Below, piece after piece: positions 1-8,731 of a DNA stretch of 64,000 nt. Location of the stretch: the NCBI GenBank assembly GCA_965204575.1, contig OZ241993.1:640001-704000 (forward strand), written 5' to 3'. A program made the position numbers and the translations under genes. The notes under the pieces were generated by a model. The model was not told the DNA's origin. It ran no database searches and was given only the letters and a program-made list of their open reading frames with translations. Position 1 is the first letter of the stretch; every line of letters begins with the position of its first letter. The DNA comes from an uncultured candidatus Porisulfidus sp. (GTDB taxonomy: Bacteria > Pseudomonadota > Gammaproteobacteria > Poriferisulfidales > Poriferisulfidaceae).

Positions 1-1
1 G

Positions 2-274
2 GCGGCGGGCCACTACGTGCATCCGGGTGATCGCCCGAGCACCTTGTTCCTGATGGAGGATCTAAGTCCGCGGCGGGTCGGGGCCCTGTTGGCGCTGTTC
101 GAGCACGTGACGTTTTCAGTCGCCGTGTTCTGGGGGATCAATGCCTTTGACCAATTCGGGGTGGAATACGGCAAGCGCCTGTCGCATTCCTTGGCGGAGG
201 CATTGCAGGATTCGTCGGCGCCGGCTCCCGGGCACACCCTGGACGTTCTCATCAACCGATTGCGGCGCCGGTGA
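2..274 (+). CDS. pgi: glucose-6-phosphate isomerase, C-terminal part (gene starts before window)
   Basis: HPGDRPST...GALLALFEH...WGINAFDQFGVEYGK is the PGI C-terminal signature. Confidence 0.9.
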   Translation, partial: AAGHYVHPGDRPSTLFLMEDLSPRRVGALLALFEHVTFSVAVFWGINAFDQFGVEYGKRLSHSLAEALQDSSAPAPGHTLDVLINRLRRR

Positions 275-1044
275 TGCGCTATCTGCTGTTCAGCGACGTC
301 GATGGGACGATGCTCGACGTCGAGACGTACCGCTGGGAGGAGGCGCTGCCCGGAATCGAGTGCGCCCGCAGGCATGGTGTGCCGATTATCTTCAACACCA
401 GCAAGACCGAACAGGAAACCTTCCAGTTGGGGGAGGATCTCGGGATTCATGCGCCGTTTTCCATCGAGAACGGGGGCGCGGTATACGTGCCGCCCGGAAC
501 CTTCGACGATGGCGAGAAGGAGGGGCTGATCCCATTCGGTGCCCCCTATCCGGTGATTCGGGCAGCGCTCGACGAACTGGCTTCTTCGTTTCGTTTCCAA
601 GGGATATCCGATATGAGCGAGGAGGAGGTCGAGGCCGCTTGCGGTCTGCCGACGGGCGCGATGGCGGCGGCCCGCGAACGACGCTTCACCGAACCGCTGG
701 TCTGGCGCGATGAGCCAGAGCGGCTGGATGATTTCACCGAACAGTTGCGGTCCCACGAACTGATCCTCAAGCGAGGAGACCGTTTCGTGCACGTCATGGG
801 GGCGACCGATAAGCGGGTCGCGCTGGAGCACCTGGTGCCGCGTTATCGGCGGCAGTATCCGGAGGTTGTGAGCGTGGCGCTCGGCAACGGTCCGAATGAC
901 TTGGGCATGATGGATGCGGCGGACATCGCGGTGGTGATCAACAATCCGGGCGGACGCAACATACAATATCCCGGTGCGCGCGTCCCGGAGGGGACCGGAC
1001 CGGCGGCCTGGTCGCGCGCGGTTCAGGCATTGCTAGAGGGTTAG
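271..1044 (+). CDS. gpgP: HAD-IIB glucosyl/mannosyl-3-phosphoglycerate phosphatase
   Basis: FSDVDGTMLD motif I, NTSKT, ENGG, ALGNGPNDLGM motif; directly upstream of gpgS. Confidence 0.8.
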   Translation: MMRYLLFSDVDGTMLDVETYRWEEALPGIECARRHGVPIIFNTSKTEQETFQLGEDLGIHAPFSIENGGAVYVPPGTFDDGEKEGLIPFGAPYPVIRAALDELASSFRFQGISDMSEEEVEAACGLPTGAMAAARERRFTEPLVWRDEPERLDDFTEQLRSHELILKRGDRFVHVMGATDKRVALEHLVPRYRRQYPEVVSVALGNGPNDLGMMDAADIAVVINNPGGRNIQYPGARVPEGTGPAAWSRAVQALLEG

Positions 1045-1046
1045 CC

Positions 1047-2261
1047 ATGAGCGATTTTTTCCAGAACGGGCAGATCGTCACGCTGCATGACTTGGCGGGA
1101 CGCCCCACCGAGGAATTCGAGTCGGAACTGCTCGGGTTTTCCCGCAGCCGCCCGTTGGGGCTGGTGCTGCCTTCCTTGTATTCGGAGTTGGAAGGGCCTG
1201 CGCTCGGCCGGATTGTCGAAGAGCTGGCCCAAGTGGAATACCTGAACGAGATCGTGATCGGCCTGGATGCAGCCGATGCGGAGCAGTTCAAGCACGCACG
1301 GGGTTTCTTTTCCCGCCTGCCGCAACCCCATCACGTGCTTTGGAATGACGGTCCCAGGTTGCGGGCACTGGCCGACGAACTGGAGGCACGGGGCTTGGCG
1401 CCGACCCAGCAGGGCAAGGGGCGCAATGTCTGGTTCTGTTTCGGCTACGTGCTGGCGTGCAACCGGGCGGAGGCTCTGGCGCTGCATGACTGCGACATCA
1501 CCACATACGATCGCCGCCTGCTGGCGCGGCTGATCTATCCGGTCGCGAACCCGAGTTTCAGCTTTGCATTCTGCAAGGGCTACTACTCGCGCATTTCCGA
1601 GCAGGAGCTGAAGGGCCGCGTGGCGCGACTGCTGGTGGCACCGCTGCTGCGCGCCCTGCGCAAGGTGTTCGGGCCGCATGATTTCGTCGAATACCTGGAC
1701 AGTTTCCGCTACCCGCTGGCCGGGGAATGTTCGCTGCGCACCCATGTGCTGAAGGACTTGTACCTGCCGGACGATTGGGGCTTGGAGATCGGCTTGCTCG
1801 CCGAAATCCGGCGCATGTATTCCAGCCGACGTGTCTGCCAGATAGACATCGCGGACCTATACGACCACAAGCATCAACAGATGGGTATGGCCGACGCACA
1901 AGCGGGATTATCGAAGATGAGCGCGGACATTTGCAAGGCCGTCTTCAGGAAAATGGCGATCGAGGGCGAGGTGTTTTCCGAAGGCGTGTTCCGCAGCCTC
2001 AAGGCGGCCTATCTTCGAGAGGCGCTGGACCTGATCGAACACTACCAGAGTGACGCGGTGACCAACGGGCTGAACTTGGATCGGGATGCTGAAGAACAGG
2101 CGGCGGAGTTGTTCGCCAGTAATTTGCTGAGTGCAGGAGAGGATTTTTTGGCGCACCCGATGGAGAGCCCGTACGTGCCGAGTTGGCGGCGGGTCCGTTC
2201 GGCTATTCCGGATTTCCTGCAGCGCCTGGAAGCGGCTGTGGAGGAAGACAATCAGGCGTGA
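1047..2261 (+). CDS. gpgS: glucosyl-3-phosphoglycerate synthase (glucosylglycerate synthesis)
   Basis: MSDFFQNG start, LPSLYSELEG, GKGRNVW, LHDCDI, FRYPLAGE, DWGLEIG, YDHKHQ. Confidence 0.8.
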   Translation: MSDFFQNGQIVTLHDLAGRPTEEFESELLGFSRSRPLGLVLPSLYSELEGPALGRIVEELAQVEYLNEIVIGLDAADAEQFKHARGFFSRLPQPHHVLWNDGPRLRALADELEARGLAPTQQGKGRNVWFCFGYVLACNRAEALALHDCDITTYDRRLLARLIYPVANPSFSFAFCKGYYSRISEQELKGRVARLLVAPLLRALRKVFGPHDFVEYLDSFRYPLAGECSLRTHVLKDLYLPDDWGLEIGLLAEIRRMYSSRRVCQIDIADLYDHKHQQMGMADAQAGLSKMSADICKAVFRKMAIEGEVFSEGVFRSLKAAYLREALDLIEHYQSDAVTNGLNLDRDAEEQAAELFASNLLSAGEDFLAHPMESPYVPSWRRVRSAIPDFLQRLEAAVEEDNQA

Positions 2262-2304
2262 GCGGCTGTGGGGCTGTGATTCGGCAGCAGCAGAAGCCGA
2301 TTAA

Positions 2305-2330
2305 GGTAGAATATTATGTAATTTTCTACC
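2305..2330. promoter_or_regulatory. inverted repeat, probable VapBC autorepression operator
   Basis: GGTAGAATATTA-TG-TAATTTTCTACC (11/12 arm match) ending 12 bp before the vapB ATG. Confidence 0.65.
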
Positions 2331-2342
2331 CTGAAGGGAATC

Positions 2343-2600
2343 ATGAGCCTCAACATCAAGAATGAGGAAGCTTGCCTGTTGGCGGATGAACTGGCCCGTC
2401 TGATGGGTGAGACCAAGACCGGGGCGATCACCGTCGCGCTTAAGGAACGCCTTGAACGTGAGCGACGGTTGCATGACAGGGAATCTTTGCTGCGGAACAT
2501 TCGCGCCATCAGGAAACGTTGCGCGTCTCTCATCGGCCCGGGACCTTCCGCGACGGAACATGGCAACTTTCTCTACGACGAGCGGGGGCTACCCAAGTGA
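2343..2600 (+). CDS. vapB: type II TA antitoxin VapB (Rv0623-like)
   Basis: MSLNIKNEEA...LADELARLMGETKTGAITVAL...LYDERGLPK; overlaps PIN toxin start (GTGA). Confidence 0.9.
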   Translation: MSLNIKNEEACLLADELARLMGETKTGAITVALKERLERERRLHDRESLLRNIRAIRKRCASLIGPGPSATEHGNFLYDERGLPK

Positions 2601-2983
2601 TTGTTGATACTTCGGCAATTCTGGCAATTTTGCTCGATGAGAAGGATGCGGAGCGCTACGAAGAAGCCATCGCCTCGGCATGGCCGCGCCGGATGTCGGT
2701 AATCGGGTTTCTGGAAGCCGCCATCGTCGCCGAGAGCCGGGGCGGGGAAGCCATGGGACGGGAGTTCGACCATTTGACCGAACAGATGGAGATGGAATGG
2801 GTGCCGGTTTCACTGGAGCAGGCGCAGGTTGCCCGCGAAGCTTGGCGTCGCTTTGGCAAGGGCCGGAGTCCGGCCCGCTTGAATTTTGGGGACTGTTTTG
2901 CGTACGCGCTGGCCAGGATCAGCGGGGAGCCCCTTTTGTTCAAGGGCGGGGATTTCGCCCAGACCGATGTTGAAGCGGCATAA
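2597..2983 (+). CDS. vapC: type II TA toxin VapC (PIN RNase)
   Basis: GTG start, IVDTSAILAIL, LNFGDCFAYALA, LLFKGGDFAQTD. Confidence 0.92.
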   Translation: MIVDTSAILAILLDEKDAERYEEAIASAWPRRMSVIGFLEAAIVAESRGGEAMGREFDHLTEQMEMEWVPVSLEQAQVAREAWRRFGKGRSPARLNFGDCFAYALARISGEPLLFKGGDFAQTDVEAA

Positions 2984-3002
2984 GTTGATTCTCTTGGCCT
3001 AG

Positions 3003-3137
3003 TGCTGGCGCGGGGAAGGATTTTTTGGCACATCTTATGGAGAGCCCCCCGCACCGAGTTGGCGGCGGGTTTGTTCGGCTATTCCAGATTTCCTGCAGCG
3101 TCTGGAAATAGCCGTTGAGGAAGACAATCAAGAGTAA
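3003..3137 (+). repeat. degenerate second copy of the gpgS 3' end (copy 1 about 2125-2261)
   Basis: About 82% identity by eye over 2141-2261 vs 3018-3137; reads DFLAHLMESP/PSWRRVCSAIPDFLQRLEIAVEEDNQE* with a 1-nt deletion. Confidence 0.9.
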
Positions 3138-3198
3138 TCGTTTGGCAGCAGGAAGGTATCCAATCTCGACCGCGGTCTAGAGTCTGTTTCGGGCAGAC

Positions 3199-3570
3199 CT
3201 ATGCGCAACAGCGATCCGCGTAGTAGTTGTCGCCCTGCGACATCTGGATGAACTGGCAAGGTTCGTCACCTACTGTCCAGGCGTCGTGTCTCGGGGGCAA
3301 CATCGTGATGTCGCCTTTGCGGAAAGTTTCCCTTGAACCGTCGTCCATCTGGATTTCGATTGCACCGGAGATCACGTACGCGACGTGCGGAAGCAGGCAG
3401 GATTCCGTTCCGGCGTACTCCTTGAGGTCCACAGACTATTTGGCTCTAGGGCTGAAGGTCACCTTGATGGCTGTGACCCCGTCGAGTGTAACGACCTGTT
3501 TGGAGATTTTCCCGTGGACATCCGGTTCGGCGCCGTCGATGTTCGCCTTCATCATATTAGGCAGCGACAT
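3199..3570 (-). pseudogene. cupin-domain protein with in-frame TAG
   Basis: ATG at 3570: MSLPNMMK...VTFSPRAK*SVDLKEYAGTESCLLPHVAYVISG...PPRHDAWTVGDEP; stop at 3436-3438 where Trp (TGG) is expected. Confidence 0.75.
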
Positions 3571-3691
3571 ATCCTTACTCCTTTTCTAATGGAGGGGATT
3601 ATTCATCGTACTCCTATAGTGATTCATGTCAATCCCTCAATTTGAAGGATCAATTTATTCTTAGACTGCTTAAACTTAGAGTGTTTCGTGG

Positions 3692-5158
3692 CTACTCGGA
3701 ATGATCTTTTGTAACTGATTCTGCAGCTTGGTCTAGGCTTGGGAATAGGGATTCACGAGTAATATTCAGCAAGCGCAATTCATCCATGATGTGTTGTTTG
3801 TGTTCGTCTAGCACTTCAAGTGTCGCATGCGCATAAATTGGAATCCCGGGATTCCACTCTAGGACTTCACTGCGTTCAAATCGTTCATGGAATGCCGAGA
3901 TCAGGAAAGCACCAGCTTGTGCCCTGATACGCGCAAATGATTGTTGCGGCTCGACGATAAACACACGGTAGAAATCTCGGGGGTCTATTTTCCCTTCAAA
4001 TGATGGTTTTTCTTGTCGGATTAAATCATAAAGGCGCCGCATGACATGTCCATATGTTCCAATTGGTCGGGGGTCAGCCTCGCATCCTTCGCCCCAAGAC
4101 TCAATTCCTAAAAGAAAATTTTGTTCAACACACGAGAGTTTTGCAAAATTGGTAACAATTTTGATGCTGTCGCTGTTGAAAGGTTTTACCATTTCCTTTG
4201 GTGCGGAGAGAATGTGCAAGCGACCGGTTGTTTTTTCGACCGCTTCGCAAGCATAAAACAAGGCTACTAGGGGGTTTCGTGTTACATCAAGTAGACGGGT
4301 CTTAAGCCCATGGTGTTGCGCCAGCACCCACTGAGATAGAGCTGAAACTGCATTGTCAAAATCCTCCGGCCTTCGAGACATTAGATCCAAGAGCATACTT
4401 CCTTCTTTAGCGCGGAGGGTAGGGTTGCGCCTCACCGAGGGAAAGAGCCCCCACACGTTGCTGCGCTCTCCACGAAAATAAAGTCTGCAATCAGGAAAGC
4501 TCGACCGAAGACTGTTGCATTCTTGGATTAAATCCGAGACGCAACTCATGTGCCCATCAGGGATGTCCTGTTCCTGCTGTCTTGTCGCAGAGTCGTTCTC
4601 TGGGTACAGTTTGGCTTGCCACAGTTGTGTTGCTCCGAGATCTGCCCCCGTAAGTGTGGCGGATGTGAGGTCAGCGTCTGCGAGTTTTGCATTGGAGAGA
4701 TTTGCACCCCCGAGATATGCGTTATTGAATTCCGTATTTGTAAAGTCGATTTGGAAAAGGGTTGCTCTAGAAAAACTAGTATTTGCCATTTTAGAGCCAC
4801 AAAAACTGGAAGCAGACAAGTTTGCGTCGTCGAATCTAGCTGCAAAAAGACAAGCACCATCAAGTTTTGAATTTGCCATTTCAGCTTTTCGAAAGTCTGC
4901 GCCCCATAGTTCGGCGTTTCTCAAATCAGTACCTGCCACCCTATATTGGCTACAAAGTTGTGCGTTCCGGAAATTAGCCTCCCGAAGATTAAATCTGACG
5001 AGAGGAATATAGCCTTCTCCGTCTAACTTGTCTGAATTTTCAAATTTCTCGTAGAGATCTGCATTTTCAAAATCAGGAGTAAAGTCTGACTGTGCTCGTC
5101 GCGTGTTCCAACTCTCGACACCTTCTAGGAGCCATTCAATGTGTTCGGGATTGGCCAT
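3692..5158 (-). CDS. pentapeptide-repeat + FRG domain fusion protein
   Basis: A(D/N)LxxA repeats in N-half; YFRGE...LFPSV...AQHHGLKTRLLDVTRNPLVALFYAC...RIRAQAGAF FRG motifs. Confidence 0.85.
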   Translation of the reverse strand: MANPEHIEWLLEGVESWNTRRAQSDFTPDFENADLYEKFENSDKLDGEGYIPLVRFNLREANFRNAQLCSQYRVAGTDLRNAELWGADFRKAEMANSKLDGACLFAARFDDANLSASSFCGSKMANTSFSRATLFQIDFTNTEFNNAYLGGANLSNAKLADADLTSATLTGADLGATQLWQAKLYPENDSATRQQEQDIPDGHMSCVSDLIQECNSLRSSFPDCRLYFRGERSNVWGLFPSVRRNPTLRAKEGSMLLDLMSRRPEDFDNAVSALSQWVLAQHHGLKTRLLDVTRNPLVALFYACEAVEKTTGRLHILSAPKEMVKPFNSDSIKIVTNFAKLSCVEQNFLLGIESWGEGCEADPRPIGTYGHVMRRLYDLIRQEKPSFEGKIDPRDFYRVFIVEPQQSFARIRAQAGAFLISAFHERFERSEVLEWNPGIPIYAHATLEVLDEHKQHIMDELRLLNITRESLFPSLDQAAESVTKDHSE

Positions 5159-5173
5159 GTACTGTACCTATGG

Positions 5174-7920
5174 TTATTTCTGCCACTCGACATAAGTTTT
5201 TTCATATAGTGTGAACAGATGCTCAATGCGTTCGCGTTCGGAAGAAAATTTAGTACGGCGGTAGAGTCTATCCACGGCCCGGTCAAGCGCTTGATGTGCT
5301 TTGCGCAAACTAGGCGGTATCAGATCGGGATCGTAAAGGTCGGCCAACGTCGCATCAGGATGTTCGGTTCGAGCATCGAGGACAGCCTGTGCCAGAGGCT
5401 CCAATTTGGACAGGCTGGCGCTCTGTTTCCTGAAAGCGGCCGGTGTCGGGAAAGTGTTGTAAACAAGGCCGATGGAATATCGGTAGCGGCTTTCCAATCG
5501 TCCGCCAACATGGCGCAGCCACGCCATGTGCATGGCGGAGGTCAGTAGCGCAAAGTCGGTGAGGGTTGCGTTCTGAAGTAATAAGGCTGAGTCACTCGGG
5601 ATTACTGGTGGCTCAAGCCAGCCAATTGGCGCATAGTCTCGCCGCTCGGAGCTAACTCGTGGAATGAGCAGAAATGGTGCCGTAGGTAGCACATTGACAT
5701 GGTAGAGCGTCGGCGTTTCTGCGTTGGAGCACTCTTGCTGGTTTCCCGGTAGGCGCGGACAGTAGCAATCCGCTTCCGCACGTGTGGCAACCGTGCCAGC
5801 ACACTGGGCGAAGCATCATGCAAGGCCAGAATCCATCGTTCTCCACCTTGAAGATACTCGCGGGCTCCAACAAAGGGACGCAGGAAAGGTTCGGCATCGG
5901 GCTCGGCCTCTAGGAATTCGAGGCGTTCTTCAAGATTGAAAATGTAATTCCCTCCGTCGATGGGTTTGGAGCCGATAATCAATCTCTTCAATCCGTTGAT
6001 AGGTTTGCTCTCTTCTTGTACCGTCAAGTGGGGGTTGGTAAGTCCACTGGCGTCGAACAGGTAAGGAGACAGGGCAGGATGCCGGGTTTCTTCCGGCTGG
6101 CCATTGATGTCGGGATAGTTGAAAAGACGCACGTTCACCTGTGCATTCTCTCGTCGGTCAAGTCCAATAATTACGACATGCACATGTGCCTTGCCCTTCG
6201 CATCCGAACCCCAGGCAAAGGTTCGGTGTGCAAATGCGATCTCCAGTTTGTAGCGGTCAAACAGGATCGGCCAGAGTTGTCCGACCTGTTCGCCTTGAGT
6301 GATCGAATTTGTTGCCACGAAGCCGACGCGGGCAGAACTTTTCTGGACATATTCTCCAGCCTTGATGAACCAAGCGGATACGTAGTCAAGTGTCCCGGCT
6401 TTCTTGCCCAAGGCCGCAATTCGATGCACTTGCGCACGCTGTTCCCTATTCTGCTTTTTCGCACCGAGATAGGGGGGATTGCCGAACATATAAGAGCATT
6501 TCTCCGGTGGGCAAAACTTAGCCCAATCTGTCTCCAAAGCATCTCCATGCAGGATATGGGGTGATTTCTTCAGGGGAATTCGTATGTAGGTTTGACCGAA
6601 CTCCAGACTGAGCCGGTTATTCATGATGTGATCCATCATCCACAGGGCAGTTTCCGCGACGCGGACAGGGAATTCGTTAATCTCGATACCGTAGAACTGA
6701 TCCACGTCAATCACGGACAACTCGTCGGGCAGGATACCCTTTTGGCCGGGGTGGATCTCCTTCATCACCTCAATTTCAAGAGCCCGCAATTCCCGGTAGG
6801 CGATAATCAGGAAATTCCCGCAGCCGCAGGCTGGATCGAAGAACCGCATTTCCCCCAGTTTCTTCTTGAATTCTCGCAGGTCGGAACGGCGACGGCGGTC
6901 TTTCCTGGACCTCAGACATTCGAACTCATCTCGCAGATCATCTAGGAACAAGGGTTCAATCACTTTCAGGATATTGCCTTCAGTCGTGTAATGCGCCCCA
7001 TCGGCATGGCGAGCCTTGGGATCCATGACTGACTGGAACAATGCACCAAAAATAGCGGGTGAAATGTTCGACCAATCGAATCGACAGGCATCTAGCAATG
7101 CCTCACGCATGGTTCTATCAAAGGAAGGAATACTCAACGTTCCATCAAACAAATCTCCATTCACATAGGGGAAACGAACAAAGTCTTCATCCAGCGTCTT
7201 TTGGCGCTTAGATTCTGGCGTATTCAGCACTTGGAATAATTCAGCCAATCGTGACCCAGTATCCGATCCATCTTCACTTGTTCGCGATAAAATCAAATCA
7301 AGGAAAATATCGCGGGGCTCGAAGATTCCTGTATCGTCCACAAATAGGCAGAAAACAATCCGAGCAAGATACCTCTCTAAATCATGGCCTCGGTACCCCG
7401 CGGCTTTCATCCGGTCGTGTAGTTGTCCGACTAGTTCGGATGCCTTGATATTTGCAGGGTCCTGGTCCCGGAACACTCGGCGCTGGACACCGAGGATGAA
7501 CCCAAAATCTTCAACGTGTGAAGATAATTCTTTGAGGCGAAAAGAAATCTTCTCGCGCTCGTCAAGATCGTGAAGTTCGAAATTTTGAAAATCGCTTACT
7601 AGGATGTAACGAGGACGCCCGTGTTCGGGCAGTGCCTCAAAATACTCTTCAGCCTGATCGTAAGCATCAGCAAGATTATTTCCAGCACTTTTCTGTTCGA
7701 CGATCAGGACGCTGGGCCAGAACAGGTCAATAAACCCCGAACTGTTGTCCAACTTTCGCACATGCTTCTCATAGTAGCCGACCGACCGTCGTTTTACGCC
7801 GAACACATGAAAAAAATCATTGTAGAAACTCTGCGTTTCCCCTTTCTCATAGGCGGCGTCCTTCCACTCGTCGGCGAAGGTGGCGGCACGGGCACGGATC
7901 TCGTTCCAAGACAGGCGCAT
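5174..7920 (-). pseudogene. MmeI-like Type IIL restriction-modification enzyme, frameshifted near 5715
   Basis: Nuclease FIDLFWP..IVEQKS, GAHYTT, FFDPACGCGNF, GNPPY; TRD/C-terminus continues in another frame (AETPTLYHVNVLP...PRVSSERRDY...LRKAHQALDRAVD). Confidence 0.85.
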
Positions 7921-8006
7921 CAGATAATCCGTGTCTTAATGCGAAAAAGGCTCAAACCAGGGTGGGCAATTCTTGGGTTAGATTCAAGGATGATCGACCA
8001 ACCTGA

Positions 8007-8348
8007 TTAATCCGATTCCGGTGGAACGATCGCTTCCAGTTGAGGGATCAATTTAGGAAGGTCGTTGTGCACGACATCCCAAAGAACATCGTAATCGACA
8101 GCGAAATAACCATGAACAAGCCGATGGCGCATACCAATAATCTTGTCCCATTCAATCTCTGGGAATTCCTTCCTAGTTTCAATGCTGAGGCGAGAGGCGG
8201 CTTCTCCGATTATCTCCACAGATTTCATTACAGCATTTTGGTGCAACGCATCCTGCTCAAGTTTCTGTTGTGTCAGCCCTCTGGAAAATTCAACTGCGTT
8301 GCGTGCGGCAAGCAGCATGTCGGCAAGATACGACGGATCATGCCGCAT
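8007..8348 (-). CDS. hepT: HepT-like HEPN ribonuclease toxin (DUF86)
   Basis: IIGEAA, IEWDKIIGMRHRLVHGYFAVD (Rx4H); overlaps MNT stop. Confidence 0.9.
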   Translation of the reverse strand: MRHDPSYLADMLLAARNAVEFSRGLTQQKLEQDALHQNAVMKSVEIIGEAASRLSIETRKEFPEIEWDKIIGMRHRLVHGYFAVDYDVLWDVVHNDLPKLIPQLEAIVPPESD

Positions 8349-8667
8349 AGATCGTTTTTGCAGAACCCAGGATGTTTTCCCGGCGTATCCAGTTCGGGCT
8401 TTGTTCGATTGATTTTCGCGTGAGCAGGTCGACTTTGCGGCCAAGCATCTCGCTTAATTCTTCCTCCATCTGATCCAGAGCAAGAAACGACAGTTTCGCG
8501 TCAGGGCTAAATTTCACCAGCACGTCGATGTCGCTGTCAGGGCCGAAATCGTCGCGCAATACGGAGCCGAACAACGCCAGTTCCGTAATCTTCCGACGTT
8601 TACAGAAAGCGGCAATTTCGTCGGGTGATACGCCCATGCGCTCTTGGGTGGCTTGATCCTTTTCCAT
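8338..8667 (-). CDS. mntA: minimal nucleotidyltransferase antitoxin MntA
   Basis: LFGSVLRDDFGPDSDIDVLV (GSx10DxD), LGRKVDL. Confidence 0.9.
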   Translation of the reverse strand: MEKDQATQERMGVSPDEIAAFCKRRKITELALFGSVLRDDFGPDSDIDVLVKFSPDAKLSFLALDQMEEELSEMLGRKVDLLTRKSIEQSPNWIRRENILGSAKTIYAA

Positions 8668-8731
8668 GAGTTGGTCCACTCAATTCAGGAAGATTGGTTC
8701 TCATTATAAGAGGCGCGAAACCGTGCGTCGT

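Noticed and set aside
3436-3438. Programmed amber read-through (pyrrolysine) in the cupin gene
   Set aside because: The position fits Trp, a single transition explains it, and no pyl genes are seen.
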